A DNA stretch of 64,000 nucleotides. It comes from an uncultured Frigoriglobus sp. Its GTDB lineage: Bacteria; Planctomycetota; Planctomycetia; Gemmatales; Gemmataceae. Both the position numbers and the translations under genes were made by a program. The notes below the pieces were generated by a model. It had not been told where the DNA came from, ran no database searches, and was given only the letters and a program-made list of their open reading frames with translations. Position 1 is the stretch's first letter, and every line of letters starts with the position of its first letter. The stretch lies in the NCBI GenBank assembly GCA_964422915.1, contig CAYRDG010000001.1, forward strand, positions 101,402 to 165,401, written 5' to 3'. Shown here in pieces: positions 7,596 through 20,021 of the stretch.

Positions 7596-10500
7596 TCACT
7601 TCGTCGAAGCACGCTGCAGCGCGCGGCTCGCGTCGCGCATCGCGCGCTCGGCGGCAGCCCGATTGCCGTCGGGGGCGAGATGCTGAATCGCCTTGCGCAT
7701 CGACCGCTCCGCACCGAGGAGTGCCTCGCCCGCGGCCGGAGTGGAGTTCGCTGGCGCGGCGGCCGTGAGTGTTTCGTTCGCTTTGTGCAGAAGTTTCTCG
7801 GCCGCCGCGCGATGGGTCTCGGCGTCCGCAGGGTTCCCCTTCGCAGCCTTCGACACGGCCTCAGTGAGTTGCCGGCGGGCTTCCTTCACCGTTTTCGCAA
7901 CCTGGGTGAGTGTGTCAATTTCACTCGGATCGAGTGCCTGTGTCGCGTCGGTCGCCTCCTCCATGAACTCGTCCAGATTGCGGACAAGATCGGCCATCTG
8001 CGCGAGTTGCCAAAGCGAGGTGCGGCGCTGGGAGGTGAATACCGAGGGTTGGAGCTGCCTGGCCAGTTCCGTGGTGAGGCCAGTGACCTGGGTGTGCAGG
8101 TATCGTTGTTGTTTTGCCAGTCCGCGGATCGTGCCGGCCAGTGATCGGGAAGGGAGGTAGCCATCGGCAACGGGCGGCTGGAGCGGTGTGGGTTGTGGTG
8201 GCGCGGTCGCGAGTTCAGTCACGTCGGCCATCAGCGCAGCAAGTTCGTCGAGTATCGTGGCGAGGCTCTTGAGGTTGGTCCCGATGCGATCAGGATCCGA
8301 CTTCGTGCGGAGTCGCGAATAGAGGTCGAGGGCGCGTTTCTTGAGAAGCTGCCCGGCGAGTCCCACGCGCGTGAACGTAAGCTCGTCGGCCTCGCGTGAG
8401 AGCATCCGCAGGGGTTTATCCGAGAAGAGGAGTTCTTTTGGCTTTTCGGCGGCAGCATGGCGAAGCCGAGCGAGTCGCTGGATGCGCTGAAGATCGGTTT
8501 CGGAGTTTTCGAGTCGGTCGGCGAGGAGGGCGACTGCCTCGGCCGCGGCGCGGATTCGCCGACGAGCCTCATCGGGTCGGTCACGCAGTCCCATCTCGGC
8601 CGCAATCACGGCAGCGCGGGCCTCTTCGAGCCTTCCAACGGCTTCAGGCGAGTTGAGATTCCCCAACCGAAGCGTGGCTTCTTGCAGCAGTGGTGTGGCC
8701 GGCTCCAGCAACTTCACTGAGAGTTCCGGACCGGCTGCATCGAGCGCATCGGCCAGCGCGACGAGCTTGCGGCGAAGCAAGCTGGCCGTTTCATCTGGCT
8801 GGGGAACGCCCTCTGCGGCCCACTTCAGCCGTTCCAGTTCGCGACGAGCCCACGCCTGCGACGCGATGATATCGAGTGGCGAACCGGCGAGAAGATCAGC
8901 GACTGCGGCCGAGAATGCGGCAGCGGCACGCGCGCGACGTGCGCCGAGTCCGGGAAGGTCCAGCGCCTCAATAGCCACGGCGAGCTTCCGCTGTCGTTCG
9001 GCTTGCGGCGTGAGTTTTTTGGCAATCGCTGCGATCAGCAACGCATCGGGTGGCTTTGTCTCATACCCCTTCAACACTGCTTCCACAGCGTTGGAACTGG
9101 CGTCGAGTTCCTGACGGAGTGCCGCAATTGCACGGAGCGTCCTCGCGAGTCGCTCGGCGACAGGAGGTGTGCTGTCGGCGAGTCGGTGGAGCGTGCGGAC
9201 CGTCAGTCGCATCGTCATCTCGGCACCGGCGCCATCGCCCGCGAGCGCCTTCCGTGCAAGGCGGGCATGGTCTGTGGCTTCGCGGATCTCCTTCGCCGCA
9301 TCTGGCAGTACCGGGAGTGATTCGATGGCCGATTCGATGGCCGACTGTTCGTCGCGGAGCGCAGACCGAGATGCGGGCGGCGCCGCGGCGAACCCTCCGG
9401 GCTTCGTCAGGACACGGAGACGCTCGATCAAATCTTCCTGCCAGAGCGCAAGTTGCCGCGTGGCGAACTTCGGATCGGTGCGATCGCTCGCCCACCTGTC
9501 GAAGGTGACCGCGATGTGTTCCAGTGCCTGCGCGTGTTTCTCCAGTTCCGTGAGTGCTTCGACTGTACGGCCAGCGGCAGCGAGATCGGCGACACGGAGG
9601 AAGTCGTCTGGCCGTGGCAGCGTCACTCCGGCGAGGCGGCAAGGTGTATCGAGGCGGTCGAAGACTGCTGCCGTCTGCTTCGCCAGCGCGTTCTGGTCCC
9701 GCGCGATGACAGAGACGAGGGCGGCGCGTGCCTCGGCCGCTGTGCGTTTCGCATCGGCATCGAGGTGGTGAAGCGTGTCGGCGAGTCGGCGCACGGAAGC
9801 AGCCAGTCGCCGGACCTCTGCAGCCTTCGCAGCCTCGGCAGCTCTACGCAGCGGTTCACTTTCGCGCACAAGTGTTTCCAGGCGAGTGAGGAGTTCGCGC
9901 TGGCGCGGCAGAAGGTCGTCGCCGGCCTTCACACGATCCGCGAGTGCGAACTGATCGATCGCCACCGCCATGAGTCGCAAGTGATCGAGCCGGTCCTGCG
10001 CAAGATGTGTGTTGCGAACGAGCAAGCCGCCGAGTTTCGCGCGAGCCTCGGTGAGTTGCGCACCGGCGGCAGCGAGCGCGCTGGCCCGCGAGGTGGGGTT
10101 ATTTGTCTCGGCCTTGCGGAGTGATTCATCCGCGTGCGCAAGGTTCAGCGCTGCGACATCGTGTGCGGCTGTCGCGAGTGCCCGCAGTTCCTGCGCGAGC
10201 GAAATCGTACGTGCAAGCTCTTGCAATGCTGCGGTAGTGTTTCGTAAACGCGCGCGGATGTTGTTCAGCCGCGCGGTTTGATCGAAGGTGAGCGCGTCAC
10301 GGCCTGCGGTATCGCGTTGAAGTGCCGCGAGTTCGGTTGCCGTGTCGGTAATTTCCTGGCTCGTGGCAGAAAGACCATCGCCGAGTGAATCACGCCAGAT
10401 GCCCACTTCGGTTTCAACCAGCGGTGGCGAATCTGGACGGATTCGCAGTTCCGACCACCCACCGGGCGGGTAGAGAGTCTCCTGCGGTCCGAGTTTCGCT

Positions 10501-11969
10501 TCATCGAATCTGCGGTTATCTCGAAGTCGCACACGCAGGCGGATCGTTTCTCCATCGGCTGCCTTGCCGGCGAGTGCGAGATCGAGCGTGCCAGAAACCT
10601 GCGGCCCCGCGACAGTGAGTGGGATGGGCTCTTCCACGGGTTTCGCGTCTGCCGGGCCAGTGAGGTATTCCAGCACAGCCGAGGATACGGCCAGATCGTC
10701 GCGCGCGGTAAAGGCGATTCGCACGCGATCCGTTATTCGGGCGGGTCGTGGTCGCACGGTGAGGCCGCTCAACTGCACGAATTGTGGTGGCGTGTCGGGC
10801 GTGACACGCACAGCGAGAGCCTTTTCAGTGCGGAGTCGCTTCCCACGTTCGACGCTGTCGAGAAGGAGTTTCAGTGTGCCATTCTGCCGAACGAGAAACT
10901 GTGCAGTTGCACTCAATTGATCGGATGCGAGCGCCAGTGGAATGACTTCCGACGGGCCACTGTCGGGTCGCCAGATGAGCTGTGCGAGTGCGGCAGTCCG
11001 CCGAAACTTCAGCCGAAACGCGATCGTACTGAATTGGAGTGCGTCGATGTCGGTGAAGCCCGACGCGATGCGCGGCGGACGGCCGGTGTAGGCCGGTTCC
11101 CGGACAACGATCTGTGTACCATCCGCCAGTTCCACCGTGTCGATGGCCGTGATGCGGAACCACGCACTGCGAACGCCGCCAATCTCCACGCTGTAGTCAA
11201 AGTCGTGCGGAACAGCAGGCAGCGTGATGTGGAACGTCGTGCCGTCGAAGGCCATCGGTTCGTGGCTCTCGGTCGCACTGGAAGAGAGGCGGATGCAGAG
11301 GGTGGCTTCTGTGGGCGTGAGGTGGCCAGCATCGTGTGTGACGTATGCCGAGAGGGTGACCGGCCCGCCGCGGCGCACAGTCAGTTCACCCGTGGCAACG
11401 TGGATGCGAAACTCACTGCGGGTATTCGCGTTCGCCCACGGCAGGACGATTCGTCGCAGTCGCTCGCTTCCACTGGGGTACGAAACGGCAGACGCGAACG
11501 CCAGCGCGGCGGCCAGCGCCGCGCCAGCGAGGCGCGCTGTCGCACGTACGGGCAAGGCACGCGCGAGGTTCAGACTCTTCACCCGGCGTGCGGTGTCCGC
11601 AGCGACTGCGGCGCGTACCGGACTGGGTGGGTCGGACTGCGGTTTGGTCACGGCCTCGCGGAGTCGTTCACCCAGTTCTGGCAGCAGTGGTTGCAGGTCG
11701 CAGGCCACCTCCGCGGGAGTGATCTCTGCACGCCACGGCAATACCACCGCGCGCCACGCCAGCACACCGAGGCCCGTGATCCAGGCCGACAGGCAAAGCC
11801 CACGCGCCCACGGCGGGAGATTGAAGGCGGCGTCGAACGCCGCCACCGCTGAGAGAATCGCCACGGCTGCCAGTACGAAACGGGCGGCACCGCGTGCCAT
11901 GCGAAGCAGACGGATGCGTGGAATCAGAGCGGAGAGCCGCTGCTCGATCTCGGGCCGGGTTGAGGCCAT
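7596..11969 (-). CDS. Large (1457 aa) membrane-anchored protein, DUF4175-like: two N-terminal TM helices, a beta-rich region, then a ~900-aa Ala/Leu/Arg-rich helical region
   Basis: Uninterrupted 4.4-kb ORF with N-terminal hydrophobic segments FVLAAVAILSAVAAFDAAF and LCLSAWITGLGVLAW. The family call comes from my recollection of the DUF4175/TIGR02302-type architecture, not from a search. Confidence 0.7.
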   Translation of the reverse strand: MASTRPEIEQRLSALIPRIRLLRMARGAARFVLAAVAILSAVAAFDAAFNLPPWARGLCLSAWITGLGVLAWRAVVLPWRAEITPAEVACDLQPLLPELGERLREAVTKPQSDPPSPVRAAVAADTARRVKSLNLARALPVRATARLAGAALAAALAFASAVSYPSGSERLRRIVLPWANANTRSEFRIHVATGELTVRRGGPVTLSAYVTHDAGHLTPTEATLCIRLSSSATESHEPMAFDGTTFHITLPAVPHDFDYSVEIGGVRSAWFRITAIDTVELADGTQIVVREPAYTGRPPRIASGFTDIDALQFSTIAFRLKFRRTAALAQLIWRPDSGPSEVIPLALASDQLSATAQFLVRQNGTLKLLLDSVERGKRLRTEKALAVRVTPDTPPQFVQLSGLTVRPRPARITDRVRIAFTARDDLAVSSAVLEYLTGPADAKPVEEPIPLTVAGPQVSGTLDLALAGKAADGETIRLRVRLRDNRRFDEAKLGPQETLYPPGGWSELRIRPDSPPLVETEVGIWRDSLGDGLSATSQEITDTATELAALQRDTAGRDALTFDQTARLNNIRARLRNTTAALQELARTISLAQELRALATAAHDVAALNLAHADESLRKAETNNPTSRASALAAAGAQLTEARAKLGGLLVRNTHLAQDRLDHLRLMAVAIDQFALADRVKAGDDLLPRQRELLTRLETLVRESEPLRRAAEAAKAAEVRRLAASVRRLADTLHHLDADAKRTAAEARAALVSVIARDQNALAKQTAAVFDRLDTPCRLAGVTLPRPDDFLRVADLAAAGRTVEALTELEKHAQALEHIAVTFDRWASDRTDPKFATRQLALWQEDLIERLRVLTKPGGFAAAPPASRSALRDEQSAIESAIESLPVLPDAAKEIREATDHARLARKALAGDGAGAEMTMRLTVRTLHRLADSTPPVAERLARTLRAIAALRQELDASSNAVEAVLKGYETKPPDALLIAAIAKKLTPQAERQRKLAVAIEALDLPGLGARRARAAAAFSAAVADLLAGSPLDIIASQAWARRELERLKWAAEGVPQPDETASLLRRKLVALADALDAAGPELSVKLLEPATPLLQEATLRLGNLNSPEAVGRLEEARAAVIAAEMGLRDRPDEARRRIRAAAEAVALLADRLENSETDLQRIQRLARLRHAAAEKPKELLFSDKPLRMLSREADELTFTRVGLAGQLLKKRALDLYSRLRTKSDPDRIGTNLKSLATILDELAALMADVTELATAPPQPTPLQPPVADGYLPSRSLAGTIRGLAKQQRYLHTQVTGLTTELARQLQPSVFTSQRRTSLWQLAQMADLVRNLDEFMEEATDATQALDPSEIDTLTQVAKTVKEARRQLTEAVSKAAKGNPADAETHRAAAEKLLHKANETLTAAAPANSTPAAGEALLGAERSMRKAIQHLAPDGNRAAAERAMRDASRALQRASTK

Positions 11970-12130
11970 GAACGCTCCGGCGAAACGGGCAGCCGCACGA
12001 CCCAGACGCGAAAGGGATGGGTAAGTAAACTATACCCGCCGTCGGACATCCGCGGCAAGCAGAGGGATTGGAGTTGGCTCACGCCACGTGCCCTTCCCAG
12101 GTTCCCGATTCTGCGGAGTATCCGTCCGAG

Positions 12131-12778
12131 ATGGTTTCACCCGAACGACTATCGGCCATGCAAGGCGCGTGGATACGCGCTCTGGAGAAGTATCGCGTTG
12201 CGCCGGCGGATGCGTATCCGGCCTTCGATACGCTCGTGGCAGCGTATAGCGCCCCGGAACGTCATTATCACAACCTGCAGCATCTTGCAGAGATGTTTCG
12301 TGTCGCTGATCGACTTTCATCCCAGGTGGAAGAACCACCGGCTCTCCATCTGGCGATCTGGTTCCACGACGCCGTGTACGACTCACGCGCGAAGGATAAC
12401 GAACGGCGCAGCGGCGAACTGGCAGTCGATCTGCTCGGACCGATTGGCGTACCGGCTTCGGCAATCGAGCGTATCGTCCAGATGATCTGGGCCACGCAAC
12501 TTGGTGACGAACAACCCGCGGCAGCACGCGACACGCGCGTGCTGCTCGATGCCGACCTCGCAATTCTCGGCGCAACCGAGGCCCGTTACGCTCGTTACGC
12601 GCAAGAGGTCCGGCAGGAGTATGCCTGGGTGCCGGAGGTTGACTACCGCGCCGGCCGCGCTGCGGTGCTGGAACACTTCCTGGCGCGGCCCCGCATCTAC
12701 CTCACAGATGTGCTGTTTGATGAGGGGGAACAGCACGCGCGGGAGAATCTGCGTGCCGAACTCGCAACGCTGAAATGA
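12131..12778 (+). CDS. HD-domain metal-dependent phosphohydrolase-like protein (COG4339-like)
   Basis: PERHYHNLQHLAEMF and LAIWFHDAVYD motifs. The start is uncertain: the track ORF starts at 12068, and ATG candidates are at 12131 and 12158. Confidence 0.6.
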   Translation: MVSPERLSAMQGAWIRALEKYRVAPADAYPAFDTLVAAYSAPERHYHNLQHLAEMFRVADRLSSQVEEPPALHLAIWFHDAVYDSRAKDNERRSGELAVDLLGPIGVPASAIERIVQMIWATQLGDEQPAAARDTRVLLDADLAILGATEARYARYAQEVRQEYAWVPEVDYRAGRAAVLEHFLARPRIYLTDVLFDEGEQHARENLRAELATLK

Positions 12779-12892
12779 GTGACGCCTGATCTGGCATCCG
12801 CTTTGCGAATCGAATATCGGGCGAGACCCTCTAACATGCAACGCCCGCCTCCTTCACCGAGAATCCGGGAGGCCGGGAAGGAGGGAATACAC

Positions 12893-15505
<2,613 letters not shown>

Positions 15506-15528
15506 CTGGCAGAGATCGAGGCTCACAC

Positions 15529-15560
15529 ACACCACCCACGGCTTCCGTCGTGGGTGGTGT
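15529..15560 (+). terminator. Hairpin downstream of clpB
   Basis: ACACCACCCACG-GCTTCCGT-CGTGGGTGGTGT forms a 12-bp perfect stem. There is no clear U-tract. Confidence 0.45.
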
Positions 15561-15676
15561 CGTGTCGGATAATCTGCGCGAAGCCGGTCAACCCGGCGAC
15601 GATCTCCTGACTTCGGCTCGCATGAGGTATAATGCACTCGCGCCCCGCGCTTCCTTGTGGGGCGCGGAGGGCCGTC

Positions 15677-17236
15677 ATGTCTGTTCTTGTTCCGACTGAC
15701 AATGCGTCCGAGTTCGACCCGGCTTCGTTGGGGATCACGCACCCTGGACCGGTGTGGGCCAATCTCTCGCCCGCGGCACTCACCGAGCATGCCGCCCGGC
15801 GTGGGGAAGCGATCCTGACCGATCTGGGCGCACTTGCGGCCTACACCGGCAAACGCACGGGCCGTTCTCCGAAGGACAAGTTTACAGTCAAGGAACCGCC
15901 TGCGGCCGATCAGGTCGACTGGGTCGCGAATCAGCCGATGACGCCGGATACCTTCCACCGGTTGCACGACCTGGTACGCGCGTATTTGCAGAATCGCGAA
16001 CTCTATGTCTTCGACGGCTACGCCGGGGCCGATCCGGCCCACCGCGTCTCGCTCCGCGTCGTCACGGAGAAGGCGTGGCACTCGCTGTTCGCACGCTGTC
16101 TCTTCCTCCGGCCCACAGCGGAAGAACTCCGCAACTTCGCACCGCAATGGACCATCCTGCACGCCTGCGACTTCCACGCCGACCCTGCACGCGACGGTAC
16201 CAAGAGCGAGGCGTGCGTTGCCATCAGTTTCGCGCAGCGACTCGTGGTCGCCTGCGGCACGCACTACGCCGGCGAGATCAAAAAGGCGATGTTCAGCGTG
16301 ATGAACTTCCTGTTGCCACAGCAGGGCGTCCTGCCGATGCATTGTTCCGCGAATGTTGGCGCTGCCAGCGACGTGGCACTCTTCTTCGGGTTATCGGGGA
16401 CAGGCAAGACGACACTCAGCGCCGACCCGGAACGCCGACTCATCGGCGACGACGAGCACGGCTGGTCTGACAATGGTGTCTTCAACATCGAGGGCGGTTG
16501 CTACGCCAAGACGATCAGGCTCTCGCAGGCTGGCGAACCACAGATCTGGAACGCGCTTCGATTCGGCTGCGTCATCGAGAACGTGCCTGTTGATCCACTC
16601 ACTCGCACACCAGACTTCAACAGCACGCGACACACGGAGAACACAAGGGCCGCATATCCGGTGGACTTCATCCCGTACTGCGAGCTATCCGGCGTTGGCG
16701 GCCATCCGAAGAAGGTCTTCTTTCTGACCTGCGACGCATTCGGCGTACTTCCTCCGCTGGCGAAACTCACACCGGATCAGGCCGTCGAATACTTCCTCTG
16801 CGGTTACACCGCGAAGATTCCTGGCACAGAAGTTGGTGTGGCCGAACCCGTGCCAGAGTTCAGCACCTGCTTCGCCAAGCCGTTCTTGCCGCTGCCGCCG
16901 AAGCACTACGCGGCGATGCTGAAGGCGAAACTGGAGCGGCACAAGGCTCCAGTCTGGCTGGTGAACACCGGTTGGACCGGCGGCCCTTACGGCGTTGGCA
17001 AGCGGATGAGCCTCACGCACACGCGCGCGTTGTTGCGCGCTGCACTCACGGGTCAGTTGAAAGAAGTGCCGTTCGAGCCAGACCCGATCTTCGGTCTGGC
17101 GATTCCCACGCGATGCCCGGACGTGCCCACCGAACTGCTCCGTCCGCGTGATGCCTGGGCCGACAAGGCCGCATACGATGCGAAGGCGAAGGAACTGGTT
17201 GCTCGTTTCCAGGCAGAGTTCAAGAAGTATGTGTGA
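15677..17236 (+). CDS. pckA: Phosphoenolpyruvate carboxykinase (ATP)
   Basis: GLSGTGKTTLS kinase-1a motif, RTGRSPKDKF, IGDDEHGW and NTGWTGG. A GGAGGG SD precedes the ATG at 15677. Confidence 0.95.
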   Translation: MSVLVPTDNASEFDPASLGITHPGPVWANLSPAALTEHAARRGEAILTDLGALAAYTGKRTGRSPKDKFTVKEPPAADQVDWVANQPMTPDTFHRLHDLVRAYLQNRELYVFDGYAGADPAHRVSLRVVTEKAWHSLFARCLFLRPTAEELRNFAPQWTILHACDFHADPARDGTKSEACVAISFAQRLVVACGTHYAGEIKKAMFSVMNFLLPQQGVLPMHCSANVGAASDVALFFGLSGTGKTTLSADPERRLIGDDEHGWSDNGVFNIEGGCYAKTIRLSQAGEPQIWNALRFGCVIENVPVDPLTRTPDFNSTRHTENTRAAYPVDFIPYCELSGVGGHPKKVFFLTCDAFGVLPPLAKLTPDQAVEYFLCGYTAKIPGTEVGVAEPVPEFSTCFAKPFLPLPPKHYAAMLKAKLERHKAPVWLVNTGWTGGPYGVGKRMSLTHTRALLRAALTGQLKEVPFEPDPIFGLAIPTRCPDVPTELLRPRDAWADKAAYDAKAKELVARFQAEFKKYV

Positions 17237-17271
17237 GTCGCGTTGTCGGCCGAATTCGCCGCACTACGATC

Positions 17272-17301
17272 GTGAAGCCGTGCGGTTCGCGCACGCTTCA
17301 C
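17272..17301. terminator. Hairpin between convergent pckA and the hydrolase gene
   Basis: GTGAAGC(C)GTGCG-GTTCG-CGCACGCTTCAC forms 12 bp with one bulge. Confidence 0.45.
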
Positions 17302-17311
17302 TCGTGCGACA

Positions 17312-18745
17312 TCATTCGTTCAATAATGTGCGAATCTCCCGGCTGGTCTCCTCGATGACTGTTTCGAGTGCCCCTGGCGCGACGGCGGAGATGATTTCCT
17401 GATAGATCCCGTAGCCGTAGGCACTGGCGGCAGGCAGATAGCCGGGTTGCCAGTCGTTGGTCACGGTGGCCACAATGATCGCGACGTTGGGAAAACGCGC
17501 GCGAAGTGTCGTCTGGAAACACTGATACAACTCGCCCGGGCAGAAGACCCACACCGAATCACCCAGTCGCTGGATCGCCATGCGATACGGATAGGCCGGC
17601 CCCGGCGGCATCGTGGCCAGCCGCGTCAGTTGCCGGCGCATTTGCTCGCCCTTCGCGCGGCATTCCGAAACTCGCGTAGTGTCGTTGACGGCAAGCGCCG
17701 ATTGCTCCTCAGCCTCCCACTTCGCTAACGCGGCCCTCGTTTCATCAGCCTTGGGCAGGTTGAGTCGGTAAGGGAGCGGAACCACGAACCGACACGCGGC
17801 CGACGCTGCCAGACGGTTGCGATCGGCTTCGCTCACGGGTTTGTGTTTCCACGAGCCGAGAACGGCACCGGATACGACCGGCCCGGCGAACGCGAAGTAC
17901 GTTCCTGGCGGCGGCAGCGATGCGAGAGCCGAACACGCCGCGAAACCGAGCTGTCGGCCGTTTCTGTCAGCAACTTGAGTGTCGCCGACGTACCCATCCT
18001 GCGGTCCGAGGTCGCCTGAAGCGCCTTGCAGAAACAGGCATGGAGCCGCGGTCACTTGCTCGATCACCTCGCGTGTCGCACCGACGTAATCGGGACTGAT
18101 GAGCGTGTTCTCCCATGCCAGCGTTGTTGGGTGGCAGGCGTAGTTCAGCACTGTGCCAAGCGTTTCGCCGGTGTCGTCGGCCACCGCCTGCGCAATGAGC
18201 ACCGTATCGTCGGCTGGTGCGTCTGGATTGAAGCCGCAGACGAACTGCTTCGAGCCGTTGTCCCAGAAGTCTCGCTGGCGAGCGAGATCGCACTTCGCGC
18301 TGCCGAACAGGAGCGTTGCGGGGCGCAGTGCGTTTGCCGCCTGCTGGGCTGTGCGTTCACAAATCTCGGCCAGCCTGTCGAGATACGGACTGATGAGGTC
18401 GCCGCCTGGCAACTCGGCTCGCGTGCGCGACATCCAGCCAGAACCATGTGTGTGTGAGAGACACACCATGACGCTTTCCGGGTCGGTCGGATTGATACGG
18501 TTGCGGATGGTTACATTTTCCGCGCTGTCGAGGATGCAGTGATCGAGTCCAACCACGATGAGGCGTGGGCCTCCGGGTGATTCGATGCACATCGCCGTGG
18601 CGGTGAGCGGTCTATGGACACCCGATGCGCGATCGTGCAACGCCGCGCCCCACATGCGGTGATAAATACCGACCGGCGGTGTGATGTCCGCTTGCGCGAA
18701 GCCTACATGACAGCGTGCTTGCGGCGTGTCGATGCGCGTGGTCAT
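17312..18745 (-). CDS. Neutral/alkaline ceramidase-N-terminal-like hydrolase (function unknown)
   Basis: VGFAQADITPPVGIY...MWG resembles the N-terminal signature of non-lysosomal ceramidase-like proteins. The ATG at 18745 overlaps the MFS stop (ATGA). Confidence 0.55.
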   Translation of the reverse strand: MTTRIDTPQARCHVGFAQADITPPVGIYHRMWGAALHDRASGVHRPLTATAMCIESPGGPRLIVVGLDHCILDSAENVTIRNRINPTDPESVMVCLSHTHGSGWMSRTRAELPGGDLISPYLDRLAEICERTAQQAANALRPATLLFGSAKCDLARQRDFWDNGSKQFVCGFNPDAPADDTVLIAQAVADDTGETLGTVLNYACHPTTLAWENTLISPDYVGATREVIEQVTAAPCLFLQGASGDLGPQDGYVGDTQVADRNGRQLGFAACSALASLPPPGTYFAFAGPVVSGAVLGSWKHKPVSEADRNRLAASAACRFVVPLPYRLNLPKADETRAALAKWEAEEQSALAVNDTTRVSECRAKGEQMRRQLTRLATMPPGPAYPYRMAIQRLGDSVWVFCPGELYQCFQTTLRARFPNVAIIVATVTNDWQPGYLPAASAYGYGIYQEIISAVAPGALETVIEETSREIRTLLNE

Positions 18746-19995
18746 TGCAGTTCCCCGGAGTCGTCGAAGAGCGTTCCCTGTGGGTTGAGTGCGATCCAGC
18801 AAACGGCCGCGGCGCCGAAGAGAGCCACGAAGAGGAGTAGTGCATGGTTCCAGTTGCCAGTGACTGCAACCATCCCGCCAACTGCGACCGGGAAGATCGT
18901 CGCACCGAGGTTCCCGCTCATATTCATCGTTGCAAATACCGTTGCGACATGCCGGCCGCCATAGGCGATGGCCAGCGCATAGGCACTCACTCCACTCGCC
19001 ATTCCACAGAAGGCGCCAATGCTGATGAGGAGAACTGCGAGTTGCGGATCAGCGATGAAATACGCAGCGGCCGCGACGAAAGTACAGGTGAAGAGTGAGA
19101 CACACGTCATTCCCTGACGTGCCAGCCGTGAGTTGCCCGTGCGACGCAAGAGCCAGTCCGAGAGGATCCCACCGAGTAACCCACCAAAAGCACCCGTGAA
19201 CGGCGGCCAGAACGCCAACCCACCGGCGTCCTGCGCTGTAAGACCCTTCGCCTCCTGGAGAAAACGAGCGAACCAGGTGTAGAAGAAAACCATCGCGCCG
19301 GCACGCAGAAACTGCTGAAAACAGAGGAGGAGCATCTGCGGATCGGTGACGAGCCTCGACCACCGCACGCGCGAGATAGCATCTGGTGACGGAAGATCAT
19401 GCCACTCATCGCCTGAATCATCAGTATCGCGTTTAACTTTTGGCGTGTCCGGTCCTGGTACTATGAACCAGAAGAGCACAGCCCAGAGGAGACCCGGCAA
19501 CGCATACAGGGCGAATATCTCACGCCACGTCAGTGCGCCGAGAAGGTTGCCGGTCATTCGAGGAGCCAGTGCGCCGCCGAGACTCATACAGCACGCCAGC
19601 GCGCCGGAGGCGAAGGCATGCTGCGTCTTGGGGAAGGTCGCACCGATGGCCTTCGTGCAACACGGAAAGACACTGGCCTGCGCTCCGCCCATCGTGGCCC
19701 AGATTAACAGCAATCCCAGTGGCCCGGCGGCAAGTCCGGCCAGTCCGGTGAGCACGGACCACGCCAGCGCGAACAGTACCAGCGTCGGCTTGCTGCCGAG
19801 TCGGTCGGCCGCCCACCCGCCGGGCAACTGCATGAGTGAATAGAGCAGGTACCATCCGCCCATCATCAGGCCGAGGTATTCGGAGGAAGTGTGTAAATCG
19901 TCCTCGATGGCCTTTGTCGCGCCGTTCATCGCCGAGCGCTGGACGTAGGCGATGAGTGTAATGGCACACAGGAAACAGAGGAGCGCGTATCGCAT
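18742..19995 (-). CDS. MFS transporter (anion:cation symporter / DgoT-like)
   Basis: About 12 predicted TM segments. MRYALLCFLCAITLIAYVQR and GGWAADRLG are typical MFS loop 2-3 motifs. The start was chosen at the ATG at 19995. Confidence 0.85.
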   Translation of the reverse strand: MRYALLCFLCAITLIAYVQRSAMNGATKAIEDDLHTSSEYLGLMMGGWYLLYSLMQLPGGWAADRLGSKPTLVLFALAWSVLTGLAGLAAGPLGLLLIWATMGGAQASVFPCCTKAIGATFPKTQHAFASGALACCMSLGGALAPRMTGNLLGALTWREIFALYALPGLLWAVLFWFIVPGPDTPKVKRDTDDSGDEWHDLPSPDAISRVRWSRLVTDPQMLLLCFQQFLRAGAMVFFYTWFARFLQEAKGLTAQDAGGLAFWPPFTGAFGGLLGGILSDWLLRRTGNSRLARQGMTCVSLFTCTFVAAAAYFIADPQLAVLLISIGAFCGMASGVSAYALAIAYGGRHVATVFATMNMSGNLGATIFPVAVGGMVAVTGNWNHALLLFVALFGAAAVCWIALNPQGTLFDDSGELQ

Positions 19996-20021
19996 GGATT
20001 GTCTTCGCGTTCGTCGGTGGC

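Noticed and set aside
7055-7714. 219-aa minus-strand ORF across the 7.1-7.7 kb region
   Set aside because: It overlaps the end of the large gene and both mini-lipoprotein ORFs. Its sequence is Arg/Ser/Ala-rich with no domain signature.
10782-12024. Two long plus-strand ORFs (356 and 266 aa) antisense to the 1457-aa gene
   Set aside because: These are shadow ORFs of an Ala-rich gene (GCN codons read as antisense NGC). I saw no start context or motifs.
12779-12892. Upstream extensions of track ORFs, for example 38 extra codons on clpB and similar extensions on pckA, serS, gltA, cls, htrA, the MFS transporter, the aminotransferase and the AAA+ gene
   Set aside because: Conserved N-termini of these families begin at internal ATGs that have SD-like sequences. 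The extensions are Arg/Pro-rich and run into upstream intergenic or neighbouring gene sequence.
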